Assembly: GCA_030706745.1 (NCBI GenBank)
Contig: JAUZNX010000014.1
Span: 9,527 to 73,526, forward strand
Direction of reading: 5' to 3'
DNA length: 64,000 bases
Origin: Bacteroidota bacterium
GTDB taxonomy: Bacteria; Bacteroidota; Ignavibacteria; Palsa-1295
A program made the translations under genes and the position numbers. Each line of letters starts with the position of its first letter. Positions within the stretch are counted from its first letter, which is position 1. Shown piece by piece: positions 10,193 through 21,132 of the stretch. The notes beneath the pieces are model-generated. The model did not search any database. It had not been told where the DNA came from and was given only the letters and a program-made list of their open reading frames with translations.

Positions 10193-10864
10193 ATGCGACG
10201 AAACATCAACATGGTAATCGGTGCCACAACCCACGCCGGATTTCTCGATCTGCCGGCAGGCCTACCAAAGGGCATCATTATCTTCGCACATGGCAGTGGC
10301 AGCAGCCGATTGAGCAAACGCAATCAATTCGTTGCTGAGACTCTCGTAAATGAAGGCTTTGCGACGCTGCTCTTCGATCTGCTAACTGAGGATGAGGATC
10401 AAACGTACGAGAACCGCTTCGATATTCCGTTGCTCGCGGCACGTCTCACTCAAACAGCAAAGTGGGTGATGCAACAAGACGATCTGCACGATCTTCCGAT
10501 CGGCTACTTTGGGGCAAGCACTGGTGCGGCGGCTGCACTTATTTCCGCCGCTAATAATCCGGAGCCCATCGGCGCGGTCGTCTCGCGTGGCGGTCGACCG
10601 GATCTCGCCCTCGAGAGCCTGCCGCGAGTGAAGGCACCAACGCTCCTCATCGTAGGCGGCAGGGACGAGCCGGTGATCGGGATGAATCAGGTCGCACTCC
10701 GGGCATTACAATGCGAGAAGAAACTCGTCACCATCCCCGGCGCGACACATCTCTTCGAAGAACCAGGGACCCTGGAACAAGTTGCGGGACTAGCGCAAGA
10801 CTGGTTCACCTCTTTCTTAACCCGGCAAATCAGCCACATGAGGGCCAAAACTTTTATTGCATGA
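10193..10864 (+). CDS. Dienelactone hydrolase-like alpha/beta hydrolase
   Basis: FAHGSGSSR..RN, GYFGASTG nucleophile elbow, SRGGRPDL, GATHLFEEPG. Confidence 0.88.
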   Translation: MRRNINMVIGATTHAGFLDLPAGLPKGIIIFAHGSGSSRLSKRNQFVAETLVNEGFATLLFDLLTEDEDQTYENRFDIPLLAARLTQTAKWVMQQDDLHDLPIGYFGASTGAAAALISAANNPEPIGAVVSRGGRPDLALESLPRVKAPTLLIVGGRDEPVIGMNQVALRALQCEKKLVTIPGATHLFEEPGTLEQVAGLAQDWFTSFLTRQISHMRAKTFIA

Positions 10865-10892
10865 ATTAGCTGGCTCGTGCGTTTACTGTCCA

Positions 10893-11933
10893 ATGGCGAA
10901 CGAGCAACGAGCAGGCTGGCGGAATACGCAGCCGATCCAGCGTGAATCAATTACAGTCCAGCGGTTCTACGACGCGATGAAGGACCGATTCCGGCTGACC
11001 CTGGTGGCCGGTCAGGAGGGACTGCCAAATCTTATCACCGATAAGAATCTGCATCGACCCGGTTTGGCCCTGGCCGGCTATGTCGGACTTTTTACTTATC
11101 ATCGAATTCAGGTCTTCGGAAATACGGAGATCTTTTATCTGCGGAGTCTGAAACTCGACGAGCGAGTGAAGGCATTCTCGACACTTGCATCATTCGCAAT
11201 CCCGTGCATCATTGTTACAGGTGGCAACACGATCGATCGCGAACTTCTCGAAATCTGTAACCAGCAAAAGATCCCGCTGTTCGAGACGCCGTTCGAGACA
11301 ACAAAGGCCGTCTTCCTCCTGGGCGATTATCTGGAAGATCAATTCAACCCGCAGACAGTCATCCATGGCGCGTTCGTCGATGTCTACGGCGTCGGAGTCT
11401 TATTCGTGGGGCGGAGCGGGATCGGGAAATCCGAGGTCGCTCTCGATCTCATCGAGAGAGGACACCGGCTCGTCGCCGATGATGTCGTCATGGTCACTCA
11501 AAAAGGTGAGAACATCCTGATGGGAGCCGGGACCGATTTGGTCCGTCACTTCATGGAGATTCGAGGTCTCGGTTTGATCAATGTCCGAGAAATGTTTGGC
11601 ATTCGTGCGATCCGATTCCAAAAGCGTGTCGAAGTCGTCGTCGAATTAGAAGAATGGCGCCCGGATGGTGAATATACCCGGACCGGTCTTGACGAAAAGA
11701 CGGCGTCGATCTTAGGGGTCGACTTGCTACATGTGAAACTCCCGATCATTACCGGCAAGAACATCACGGTCATTGCCGAAGTCATCGCGTTGAATTACCT
11801 TTTGAAGCACTACGGCTACGACGCCAGCAAGGAGTTTGCGTCAAAGCTCGAGCAGGTATTATTGCAGCGAGGCAACCAGCGGCTTGCGGGCGGCGACAGA
11901 GTCATTCCTTATTTTGAGCACGATTTCGAGTAG
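10893..11933 (+). CDS. hprK: HPr(Ser) kinase/phosphorylase
   Basis: HRPGLALAG, Walker A GRSGIGKSE, GHRLVADD, MEIRGLGLIN. Confidence 0.95.
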   Translation: MANEQRAGWRNTQPIQRESITVQRFYDAMKDRFRLTLVAGQEGLPNLITDKNLHRPGLALAGYVGLFTYHRIQVFGNTEIFYLRSLKLDERVKAFSTLASFAIPCIIVTGGNTIDRELLEICNQQKIPLFETPFETTKAVFLLGDYLEDQFNPQTVIHGAFVDVYGVGVLFVGRSGIGKSEVALDLIERGHRLVADDVVMVTQKGENILMGAGTDLVRHFMEIRGLGLINVREMFGIRAIRFQKRVEVVVELEEWRPDGEYTRTGLDEKTASILGVDLLHVKLPIITGKNITVIAEVIALNYLLKHYGYDASKEFASKLEQVLLQRGNQRLAGGDRVIPYFEHDFE

Positions 11934-11988
11934 TTCTCTCGGAATCACAGGCGTCCGTTGGCGCAATGATTGCGCGCGTGATGGCTAC

Positions 11989-12273
11989 ATGCTGTCACAA
12001 GTTACTATGGATGAGCTTCGGCGGTCGCTTTCCGGCCCACGCCCGCCAAAACTGATTGATGTTCGGGAGGCGGAAGAATTTGCCAAAGGCCACCTGAAAG
12101 GTGCGGAATTGATACCACTCTCCGATCTTGCCCGCGAAATCAAGAATCGACTGCCAAACCCTCAGGAGCCGGTCGTTCTCTATGATGATCTCGGTGTTCG
12201 ATCGCATCATGCTGCACGTTTGCTCCGAGCAATGGGTTACCGGAATGTCAAAGAAGCGATTGGGATGATTTAG
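11989..12273 (+). CDS. Rhodanese-like domain protein (catalytic Cys absent)
   Basis: LIDVRE.EEF.KGHLKGA..IPL; VVLYDDLGVRS; GY.NV. Confidence 0.8.
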   Translation: MLSQVTMDELRRSLSGPRPPKLIDVREAEEFAKGHLKGAELIPLSDLAREIKNRLPNPQEPVVLYDDLGVRSHHAARLLRAMGYRNVKEAIGMI

Positions 12274-12437
12274 GCGTTGAAAGTCCACCACCTCCCAGAG
12301 GCTGGCGCTTCTGAATTTCTGGCGCTTTTTGACAATTGCGGACGAAAAGTTTCGTATATTTACAGTCTGAACTATGCACATTTTCCGTGATGTGCGCGTG
12401 TTCTGAGGCCGCGACTTTTCAAAGTCCTTTAATTTCA

Positions 12438-14510
12438 ATGAAGTATATCATGATGAAGAGAGTACTATCGCTGAGCGCAGTAGCGCTTGTTGTCTGGTCT
12501 GTGATGGTCGTCGTGCCATCTGGAAAGGCCATCGCACAGAACAAAGTATTAATTGAAGAATTTACGAGTTCGACTTGCCCGCCGTGTGCGGCGACAGATC
12601 CGATGGTTCGCCAAGTGGTATCGGATCTCCATGACAGTGTCGTCATCATTCGATGGCACCAAAATTATCCAGAGCCAGGTGATCCGAGCAACCTGATGTT
12701 CCCGGCAGGAAGAAGCCGTGGCGATTACTACGGTGTGCAGGGAATTCCCGCGGCATCAGTGAATGGCGGCATCAATTTCAATCCTGGAATTGGAGTCGCG
12801 GCATTCGAAGATAATGTTAATACTGCGCTCAGTGAGATGCAAAATTATTTCACCATGTCAGTCAGTCAAAGCACGACTCCGGATAGCGTCATCGTGTTAG
12901 TGACGGTGAAAACAGGTCCAACAGTACCAACTGACCCAGCCATGCGCTTAGCTGTTGTTGTTTGCGAGCGCTTTGCTGTTTATGCGGGATCTAATGGATT
13001 GCCGATGCATGACTATATGGCCCGAGCGGCGATTCCTGCGCTCGCAACGAACGGCAGCATTCCAGTATCAGCGGCATTCAACCAGGCTGCGAATACCACT
13101 CAAACCTACCGTTACGCGGCACAGATTAAGTCAACCTGGAATCCTGCCATGCTCGAAGCGGTAGCCTTTATTCAAAGTGAACAAGCCGCAGGAGCTATTG
13201 TCAAGCCTGTATATCAAGCTGCTTGGACTGAGAATGTAAATTTGGATATTTCACCAAACGCTACGACCGGCATTCTAATGGGTGATGGCAATACCCTCGA
13301 TTACACCGTTACGAACAATTCTTCGACTCAGCAAAAAGTCTTTTTGTCCATCGCTCCTTCGGCCTCGGTGGCGCCAAATGTTCTGACACTTAAAGGCGAT
13401 AACCTGAATGCAGATGGCTCGATCACGCTCGCGCCAATGACATCTGCCCAGGTTTCGGTCGTTGCTCCAACCTCCGGCCCATATACTGGTTGGGGTTTCT
13501 TCGGACTGATGGCCCGCACTGCTGACAGCATCGGAATTGGTGGAACGTACGGATTAGCAGTGGGTAAAGATGTAAAGACGCTCATCCTCGATAACGGAGC
13601 TGGTTTTGAAGGCATGGGGGCCGCACAGCTTTCACCCCCAAATACTCTAAAGTCGCTGAACAATATCGGTATTCCAGCGGCATTGATTCGTTATGAGAAC
13701 ATGACCGCTGCATTTAGCGATGATTGGTCTAATTTCAACAATGTGATTATTGACGGTGGTCCATATTATACAGGTGTGTTCACCAACGATGGCAGCATGG
13801 ACCGGATTACTCAGCACTTAGCCGGCGGAGGCAATTTGATCCTCGAGGACGCGCCATTTGCCGCCGTTTATTCTCGACCGAGTGTTGGCATGATTGATTT
13901 TGTCGAAGGTACATTCCATTGTGATTCTGTCAAAAACAATAGTACCACTTGGACTTCGATCAATGGTGTAGCAGGCGATCCCATTGGCGATGGCTTGTCA
14001 TCAGTAAGCGTGTCCTCTGTTACGGGCACTCAGTCCTTGAAATCATTCGATGCAGGTGGTCATGCGATTTTCACGACCAACCGAGGGGATACTGTCGGAA
14101 TTCGCTCTGAGAGTGGTCCGGGCAAGGCGGTCTATACGACATTTGAGCTTGGCAATATCTCTAGCGGCGGTGGGAAACGAGACACCGTTTTCAAGCGCAT
14201 TTTTAATTGGTTTAATTCAGCGCCATCGGCAGTCGCGACTGCTCCGGACGTTCCGAGTAATTTCGTTGCGGCGCCGAATCCATTCCACGGTATCACGCAG
14301 ATCGCCTACACCCCGTCCAAGGACGAGCATGACGTATCATTCTCTGCTTATGATCTATTGGGCCGCGAGGTTGCGAAACTGTCAGCAAAGCCGACCGGTG
14401 CATCGTATGAAGCAACGTTCGATGCAAACAGCCTTTCTGCTGGCTCGTATGTGATCGTCGTTCATTCGTCCACTGGCTCCAGGGAGCTGAAAGTACTTAA
14501 TCAAGAGTAA
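12438..14510 (+). CDS. Omp28-like thioredoxin-fold protein with T9SS C-terminal sorting domain
   Basis: Signal peptide, KVLIEEFTSSTCPPC, YYGVQGIP; C-terminal PNPF..YDLLGREV..L.AGSY. Confidence 0.82.
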   Translation: MKYIMMKRVLSLSAVALVVWSVMVVVPSGKAIAQNKVLIEEFTSSTCPPCAATDPMVRQVVSDLHDSVVIIRWHQNYPEPGDPSNLMFPAGRSRGDYYGVQGIPAASVNGGINFNPGIGVAAFEDNVNTALSEMQNYFTMSVSQSTTPDSVIVLVTVKTGPTVPTDPAMRLAVVVCERFAVYAGSNGLPMHDYMARAAIPALATNGSIPVSAAFNQAANTTQTYRYAAQIKSTWNPAMLEAVAFIQSEQAAGAIVKPVYQAAWTENVNLDISPNATTGILMGDGNTLDYTVTNNSSTQQKVFLSIAPSASVAPNVLTLKGDNLNADGSITLAPMTSAQVSVVAPTSGPYTGWGFFGLMARTADSIGIGGTYGLAVGKDVKTLILDNGAGFEGMGAAQLSPPNTLKSLNNIGIPAALIRYENMTAAFSDDWSNFNNVIIDGGPYYTGVFTNDGSMDRITQHLAGGGNLILEDAPFAAVYSRPSVGMIDFVEGTFHCDSVKNNSTTWTSINGVAGDPIGDGLSSVSVSSVTGTQSLKSFDAGGHAIFTTNRGDTVGIRSESGPGKAVYTTFELGNISSGGGKRDTVFKRIFNWFNSAPSAVATAPDVPSNFVAAPNPFHGITQIAYTPSKDEHDVSFSAYDLLGREVAKLSAKPTGASYEATFDANSLSAGSYVIVVHSSTGSRELKVLNQE

Positions 14511-14535
14511 CGCCTATCCAAAGTAATTATTCATG

Positions 14536-14566
14536 GCCGGAGCGGAAACGCTCCGGCTTTTTGTTT
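14536..14566 (+). terminator. Rho-independent terminator
   Basis: GCCGGAGCG-GAAA-CGCTCCGGC followed by TTTTTGTTT. Confidence 0.85.
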
Positions 14567-14671
14567 GAAATACCGGCACTTATGACTCGCAACGCAACTC
14601 CTCCCGCGTCCGTTAAGATAACCGTGAGTCCCCAAACCGATTTCCAAAACCCACCCGAGCTCCATTAGCAG

Positions 14672-15433
14672 ATGATCCTCACTCCTGATGTATTTGTGAG
14701 CACTGGGCTGCTTGGTTGGCTTCCCCTCGCACATCCGCTTCTCCATTCGCTCGGACACCCAGAGACTGCGAAGCTCTTCGACGGCGTTTTGACCTTTCTT
14801 CAGGGCGCTCTCGAAAGGTACGGGTATATCATTGTGTTCATGGCCATCATGATCGAAAGCATGGGCGTGCCGTTCCCGGGCGAGACCATGCTGCTAATCG
14901 CTGCGGCCTATGCTGCGTCATCAAGCGAACTCTCCATTTTCGGCGTTATCGGCAGCGCTGCAGGTGGTGCGATCCTTGGCGATAGTCTTGGTTACTGGAT
15001 TGGCCGCGAAGGTGGCCGCAAACTCATCCGCAAGTATGGTAAGTTCGTCGGACTGACCGATGATCGCTACCAAAAGGCACAGGATTACCTAAAAAAGCAC
15101 GGTGGCAAAGCGGTATTTTTTGGCCGGTTCGTATCGATTGCCCGCACCTGGATTGCCGTGCTTGTGGGGGCACACCATTTCAACTATCCGCAATTTCTTG
15201 TTTATAATGTGCTCGGCGGAATCGTATGGGCGACACTTTATGGGACGATCGGCTATGTCTTCGGCACAAATTTGCCGCTCGTCGAGAAGTGGGTCAGCCG
15301 CGCCGGGATTACACTGACCATTATTGCTGCGGCGGTCCTCGTGTATCTGTGGTATCTTCGAAAGAAGCGCAAGGAAGCGAAGGAGTTGGCAGAGCCGACT
15401 GCGATAGTAGACGGCTCAGACGAATCACTGTGA
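14672..15433 (+). CDS. DedA family membrane protein
   Basis: ESMGVPFPGETMLL, GAILGDSLGYWIGR, FFGRFV..R. Confidence 0.92.
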   Translation: MILTPDVFVSTGLLGWLPLAHPLLHSLGHPETAKLFDGVLTFLQGALERYGYIIVFMAIMIESMGVPFPGETMLLIAAAYAASSSELSIFGVIGSAAGGAILGDSLGYWIGREGGRKLIRKYGKFVGLTDDRYQKAQDYLKKHGGKAVFFGRFVSIARTWIAVLVGAHHFNYPQFLVYNVLGGIVWATLYGTIGYVFGTNLPLVEKWVSRAGITLTIIAAAVLVYLWYLRKKRKEAKELAEPTAIVDGSDESL

Positions 15434-16516
15434 TTGCTTCAGCAGCTTCTCCGAGTGCTCTTCGACAAGTTTGAGGATTGTATTGACGATCGTAGCCAGC
15501 CCTTTTCTCGAGACATAGCGCGACGGACTATCCCTCTCTCGTTTGTGAACGAGTGGGAGAATTTCCGCAGCCTGTTTCACTTCGAGCATCCGGCGCTCAG
15601 AGATCAACCAGCGATCGACAGCACCTTCAGGTCCTTTGAAAATGGTAACAACCGGTACCCCGAGCGCGGCAGCCTCACGATTCACTGTGCCGCCTCCACC
15701 GATGACCAAATCAGAGGCAGCGAGCAGGTCGAGACCCTCAACCGCCGCTCGGGGGATAATGATGGTCTCGGATGTCCCCCATTTTTCAATGAGTTCGGCT
15801 CGTTGCTTGCGAGTGCGTGGCAGTAGCACGCTCAGAACGTCACTGCGGTTGGACAGCAGCGACAGAATATCGTTAAACAACTTAAAGGATTCCTCACTAC
15901 GATAGTGCGCAGAATGTGAAGGCGGTCGGATGGTCACGACAATTTTGGAAAAGTCCCACTGTTGGCCCATCCCCCTCTCGGTATCTATGATTGGACTTGG
16001 CGTGGTCGGTTCGAATTCGCACGCGTATATCTCCTCTTTCAAACCCGGATAGGTTAAATGTTTGGAACGCGCGAGACCAAGGGCGGCTAGAGATTCGAAC
16101 GGTATGACTTCCGGAGTCATCACCCAGGTACTGAGGCGATTGAATAACCGCACCGAAGCCCCCTCATAATCATAGAGCGTCAGCGAAGGAACACGCATAA
16201 GCTTTGCGGCCAGGACGAGGCCACGAGATCCATGACCGACCGCAAGCGTGGGTTTCACCCGTTTCAGGTGCAATGCAAGTCGAATTGCGCGCAGGAGAAT
16301 ACCCATGACTTTCGGCAGAGTTGTATTGCCGTATTCATGGCCAATGAAGGTCGCTCGCAAGCGTGACTTCTCGATCAGCTCGCGGGTTTGAGCAAAATCG
16401 CGGGCGGTGATAACGACGTTACAGCCGGCATGTTCGAGATCGCGAATGATCGGCATGAAGAACGGCACATGTGGTGTGTTCTCGAGGTCGATCCAGATCC
16501 TTGGCGTATTACTCAT
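15425..16516 (-). CDS. DUF354 family glycosyltransferase-like protein
   Basis: IWIDLENTPHVPFF, ITARD, YDYE, YPGLKE, GGGGTVNREAAALG. Its ATG overlaps the upstream stop (ATGAGTAA). Confidence 0.85.
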   Translation of the reverse strand: MSNTPRIWIDLENTPHVPFFMPIIRDLEHAGCNVVITARDFAQTRELIEKSRLRATFIGHEYGNTTLPKVMGILLRAIRLALHLKRVKPTLAVGHGSRGLVLAAKLMRVPSLTLYDYEGASVRLFNRLSTWVMTPEVIPFESLAALGLARSKHLTYPGLKEEIYACEFEPTTPSPIIDTERGMGQQWDFSKIVVTIRPPSHSAHYRSEESFKLFNDILSLLSNRSDVLSVLLPRTRKQRAELIEKWGTSETIIIPRAAVEGLDLLAASDLVIGGGGTVNREAAALGVPVVTIFKGPEGAVDRWLISERRMLEVKQAAEILPLVHKRERDSPSRYVSRKGLATIVNTILKLVEEHSEKLLKQSQ

Positions 16517-17684
16517 GCGATAGAACCTCGCATAATCCACGAAACATCCATGCATTCGACCAGCGCATATACCCGATTCGATTCGTGAGAAGGCGGCGCC
16601 GCTGATAATAGAAATATCCCGTTTCAGAACGCATGTGCTCGCAAGACCATCGTGCAACGTTCCGGGCCGTGTCGACATCACCGAACACGCACAGCGTCAC
16701 CATAGCCTGTCCAAGTGCGTGGGAGTCAATCGGGTAACGACCATTTGGAAAATATCGAACCGCGAAATCCGGTTCGATAAAATTATTGCGATAATACTCG
16801 AATCCCTGAACTGCTGAGTCATGCAGGACATCATCACCCACAACGTCCGCTATCGTCTTCAAGGAGAGTACGGTGTATCCGGTGTGAAACGAGTCAATCC
16901 AGTGCTGCGATGGCTCGAGTCCATAGGGCCATGAACCATCGGTGCGTTGATGGTTTACAACAAATCTAGCGGCGCGGTGTGCAAGTTCTATATAATCGGT
17001 GCGTTCCAGCAATCGACCGGCCTGAACCAGAAACTCCGCACCAAGCAGGGAGGCATTGAACACGATTTGGGGATCACTCTCGGCATATCCGAATGCGACG
17101 CCGTCCTGGTCCAATCTTGGGATTCGATTCACGATATACTCTGCAGCCCGACCGATCGGGACTCTGCCATCGGGCATCAAGCTCAGACGTTGCCACTCTA
17201 GTAACGCCATCCCGGCGAATGAAGTCGTTACGATATTCGGCGTATTGGATCCGAGGAAATGCGTTCGTGACTGCCAGGGAAATGGATAGCCCCAACCGCC
17301 CGAATCTAGGCTGACATCCGCCAAGCGCATCGCTAGTCTTGAACTCTCCGTGGCCCAATTGGCAGATACCCGCTCGTTCGCTCGGATGAGTCCCATCAAA
17401 AATAGGGCAAGCGCCTTCGGATTTTCCGATTTCGGTACGTGGAGTAGCGTTCGAAGATTAAGCACCGATCGGCGGCCCAATTGAAGCAACAGCAGTCGAG
17501 CCATCGGGCTTTCAATTCCGGACAAAATTGGTGAACTCAGCAAGTCATGCGGATCATGCCCCGCGAATTTCGTCTCCACAGCCCATTTCAGGACTCCCCG
17601 GGCAGCATCTGCGATATCACTCATTCCCATTCTTGGCAAAATACGGAAATTTGACGACGGCCTTGTTGAATCCGTCGGCGCCAT
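16509..17684 (-). CDS. Alpha/alpha-barrel (six-hairpin glycosidase-like) protein typical of polysaccharide loci
   Basis: GHDPHD, NPKALALF, WGYPFPWQSR, PNIVTT, NASLLGA, Q..DGSWPYG, WIDSFHTGY, YMRWSNAWM. Confidence 0.7.
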   Translation of the reverse strand: MAPTDSTRPSSNFRILPRMGMSDIADAARGVLKWAVETKFAGHDPHDLLSSPILSGIESPMARLLLLQLGRRSVLNLRTLLHVPKSENPKALALFLMGLIRANERVSANWATESSRLAMRLADVSLDSGGWGYPFPWQSRTHFLGSNTPNIVTTSFAGMALLEWQRLSLMPDGRVPIGRAAEYIVNRIPRLDQDGVAFGYAESDPQIVFNASLLGAEFLVQAGRLLERTDYIELAHRAARFVVNHQRTDGSWPYGLEPSQHWIDSFHTGYTVLSLKTIADVVGDDVLHDSAVQGFEYYRNNFIEPDFAVRYFPNGRYPIDSHALGQAMVTLCVFGDVDTARNVARWSCEHMRSETGYFYYQRRRLLTNRIGYMRWSNAWMFRGLCEVLSHE

Positions 17685-17788
17685 TCTCACGCGAGAATCT
17701 ATTTTTGGTGTTATATTGCAGGGTATTAATGTGCTCGAAACTGACCGGTCACCAGCACAAGTCGTTCGATAATCGAAATTTCCACAAT

Positions 17789-20700
17789 ATGAAAGCAATT
17801 GTTACGGGCTTTTGGATTCTTCTAATTCTGGCTTCGTCGCTTACAGCCCAAACGCGGTACCGTCGTGGTAACCCGACCTCCACATCCGCAAGATTAGAGT
17901 ACTATGTGGTGGATTCGGATGATGACTCCCCATTGAAACCCACATATCATTGGGTTGACACCTCTTGGGTGCGAAGTCAGAAATTTCAATGGCATCGGGT
18001 CACAGGATTCTCAAACAACGATGATGCTTCGGTATTCTTGCCGAAGACTTACGACTCTGCCTCAATATTCTATTTTCGAACGTGGGACACTATTCTGCCA
18101 CCGCCATCAAGCTATGTCGTCTCCACACCGAATGGAAACATAACGGTCAATTTGCCCGGCGGATCAATTTGTACGAATGGGACGATCTGCCTGTCTGGCA
18201 AGGATAGCTCTGCGTACAACGTCCCGATGGATGATTTCGGCGATGTCGGCAACGAACTTGTCGCGGCGCTTTGGAGTGACTGGGAATTGCTGCCTTCGGG
18301 TACCAACGCATCGAGCGTTTGGGTCCGGCCGGCAGCGGACACATTTATCGTAAGCTACTATAACCTTGGCCTGAAAGGGACCAACGGCCAGGTGCGCGCG
18401 ACGTTCCAAACACTGTTCAACGCTACTGATAGCACTATCACCTTCGAATACAAGTCATTCGACGGCTCATGGAACGGCGTTCCAGCCGCGACAATCATTC
18501 AGCGGGTCGCCACGATCGGTCTTAGTAGCGCAGGCCCGACTGGTACCAATATGGCCGTCACGTATCTTCATCGCGGCTACTACAATGCAACAAACCCAAG
18601 CAGCACGTATGCGCTTAACCTTCACAATGGGCTGGGCGTCAGGTTCGTGCACGTCCCGGTCGATGCATTCCTAGTTTCCAGCATCCTGACTCCGCCCAAG
18701 GACCATTACGAACTCACACCCGGATCTTCGTCATTCACACCGCAGTGCTCGATCCTGAATATGACGGACACGACCATTAATTTTTATGTGCGGACCGTGA
18801 TCACAAATATAACGACAGGATCGGTCTTCTATCTTAAGAATGACAGCATCCTGATTACGCAAACCCAGGCCAGCACCTACACTGCCCCTCCAACGGGCAC
18901 AGTGCCGTGTGGAAACTACAAGCTTACATTTACAATAGGTTACCCAAGTGGCGTGAGTGATGCTTGGCCTTCGAATAACACAATGACTCGGTATTTCTCG
19001 GCTCTCAATGGCCAGACGGTGCCCTTCCGCGAGGAGTTCGATGCTGGAATTTCGCCGTGCACCTGGACCAATGTTGGCGTTCAGGCCCTGAATGCGGATT
19101 CAATCATGACCGTCCCCATGCCACCGATTGCCACGGGATTGGGACCGAAGGCCGCAGTTCTCAATCGGCTCGATGGTAGTGGAAATTACTATCTGCAGAT
19201 TGGCACGGGCGGGGATACGCTAATATCCGCGCCGATCGATCTTAGTACTGCGGGAAACAACGTGTATCTCAGTTTCCATTATCAGCGTGGGCTTTCGACC
19301 GATAGCTCGAAAGCCGGGATTTTGAGCCGGCTTCGCTCAGGGCCGGAAGTTCAAGTCCGTGGCGCGCTCGGCGGGCTCCCGACACCCGGAGATTCCCTTG
19401 TGTTGGAAGGACTCCTGAAGGCCGGCAGTACCAAATGGAATCCACCGGATTCCGCGTGGAAGCTTATCACTACAATCCCCGGTGGATTTGATGTGAAAAC
19501 TCAAACCTTCATGGTCAAGCTGGATGCGGGATTTCTTAGCGATCACTTCCGGCTGCGGTTCCGTGTCAAGGCGTACAACTCGGCATCACCGGTGAACCTG
19601 CTCGAAGACGCCGATAATTGGGCCATCGATGGACTGCATGTTGAGCCATTCGTCTTTGGCAAAACAGAACTGGAACCAGTCGATGTCGATCTTGGAAATG
19701 GAAACTTCACCCATATTCCACGAGACCTATCGGACAATCTCGTCCCAAAAGTTCGCATTTTGAATCGAGGTGATGGCGTGCCGCTCGGAGCAGGTATTAT
19801 TCGCCTCGTTGTAAAAGATGCGCTTGGACGCTATGTCTACGATAAGACTCGCACATTCGATTTCAGCTACCCACTTCGCGATTCTGTATTCTCCATGCCA
19901 AACTGGGACCTTCACGGTACGCAGGGCGGAGTCCTGACCGCGATCGCGCAGCTCGAAGGTATCTATTTCGATAGCTATAACAAGAACGATACAAACGTCT
20001 TCTATAAGACGATGTACATTGACGATTCCTATGCTATCGATGACGGCGGTATCGATACGACCGGTACAGTAACGACAGCCCCATCGGAGTGGTACTACAA
20101 ATTCACCCCCGTCAGCGATGATACGCTGAAGGGTGTCTCCATGTACTACGTAAGCGGAGGCGCCTCGACGAATTGGAGTCTTACAATCTCTGGCGGAGGG
20201 CTGAACCCGGTTACGAAGAGTCTGACGTATAATCCAACTGCTGCGAACTGGTTCACGGTGACACTTACGACTCCTGTAGCCCTTGCGAAGGACTCGACCT
20301 ACACGATGCACTTTGTTTGGAATTACGGTCCAAAAACACTCGGCGGTGATGGCTCCCAGGGACTCGCATATTATACTGTTGTGGATTCCAGCGGCACGAG
20401 CAGCCAGTATGGCGTGCTCCATCCGGAAATCCTGAGCACGTTCTACTATCCGGGAGGTACTCTCCCGTATACCATACCTTATAAGACAGATGTCGATCAA
20501 GGCGGATTTCTCCTACCAATGGTCCGCCTCAAATATAGCGGCGCCTTGAACTACTTGCCGGTCGAGTTGGCCTCGCTGTCTGCGAATCGAAATACAGACG
20601 GATCGGTCTCTATCACATGGAAGACTACCAACGAAGTGAATGCCGCGCGATACGAAGTCATCCGGAGTGCGTCGACTCCTGTCGGGTCGCTATTGGCAAA

Positions 20701-21076
20701 AAATGAATTGACCGGAGCGAATTATGCCGTGATCGATCGTCTTGCGCCAGCGCTTCTTAGCACCTATCACCTCGATGAGATTGACCTGAACGGTGAGCGC
20801 CGCACATTAGGGACGGTTGAAGTTGGACCGACCGGCTTCGACGGACTTACTCTTTCCTACTTTCCCAATCCGGCATCCAATACGCTTTCAGTCGCTGGAA
20901 GCCAGATGATGGATGTCGTCGAGTTGGTCGATATGCTTGGTCGCACGGTCCAGGAGTTGAATCCTAGGTCGCAGACCGTCGACATTAACCTCACCGATGT
21001 TCCGAATGGAAGCTATTGGCTCATCGCCTCGTCCGGAGGTAAATTCGTAAGGTCGCAGATATCGGTGATCCACTGA
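17789..21076 (+). CDS. Large secreted beta-rich protein with T9SS sorting domain
   Basis: Signal peptide MKAIVTGFWILLILASSLTAQ; LPVEL..W.T.NE.N module; C-terminal FPNPAS..DMLGR..P.GSY. Confidence 0.82.
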   Translation: MKAIVTGFWILLILASSLTAQTRYRRGNPTSTSARLEYYVVDSDDDSPLKPTYHWVDTSWVRSQKFQWHRVTGFSNNDDASVFLPKTYDSASIFYFRTWDTILPPPSSYVVSTPNGNITVNLPGGSICTNGTICLSGKDSSAYNVPMDDFGDVGNELVAALWSDWELLPSGTNASSVWVRPAADTFIVSYYNLGLKGTNGQVRATFQTLFNATDSTITFEYKSFDGSWNGVPAATIIQRVATIGLSSAGPTGTNMAVTYLHRGYYNATNPSSTYALNLHNGLGVRFVHVPVDAFLVSSILTPPKDHYELTPGSSSFTPQCSILNMTDTTINFYVRTVITNITTGSVFYLKNDSILITQTQASTYTAPPTGTVPCGNYKLTFTIGYPSGVSDAWPSNNTMTRYFSALNGQTVPFREEFDAGISPCTWTNVGVQALNADSIMTVPMPPIATGLGPKAAVLNRLDGSGNYYLQIGTGGDTLISAPIDLSTAGNNVYLSFHYQRGLSTDSSKAGILSRLRSGPEVQVRGALGGLPTPGDSLVLEGLLKAGSTKWNPPDSAWKLITTIPGGFDVKTQTFMVKLDAGFLSDHFRLRFRVKAYNSASPVNLLEDADNWAIDGLHVEPFVFGKTELEPVDVDLGNGNFTHIPRDLSDNLVPKVRILNRGDGVPLGAGIIRLVVKDALGRYVYDKTRTFDFSYPLRDSVFSMPNWDLHGTQGGVLTAIAQLEGIYFDSYNKNDTNVFYKTMYIDDSYAIDDGGIDTTGTVTTAPSEWYYKFTPVSDDTLKGVSMYYVSGGASTNWSLTISGGGLNPVTKSLTYNPTAANWFTVTLTTPVALAKDSTYTMHFVWNYGPKTLGGDGSQGLAYYTVVDSSGTSSQYGVLHPEILSTFYYPGGTLPYTIPYKTDVDQGGFLLPMVRLKYSGALNYLPVELASLSANRNTDGSVSITWKTTNEVNAARYEVIRSASTPVGSLLAKNELTGANYAVIDRLAPALLSTYHLDEIDLNGERRTLGTVEVGPTGFDGLTLSYFPNPASNTLSVAGSQMMDVVELVDMLGRTVQELNPRSQTVDINLTDVPNGSYWLIASSGGKFVRSQISVIH

Positions 21077-21098
21077 CGGACCTTTTGATCGTTAATTG

Positions 21099-21131
21099 AA
21101 ATCCCCGCCTGACAACAGGCGGGGATTTTTT
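21099..21131. terminator. Rho-independent (probably bidirectional) terminator
   Basis: AAATCCCCGCCTG-ACAA-CAGGCGGGGATTTTTT between the convergent CDS and tRNA. Confidence 0.85.
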
Positions 21132-21132
21132 G

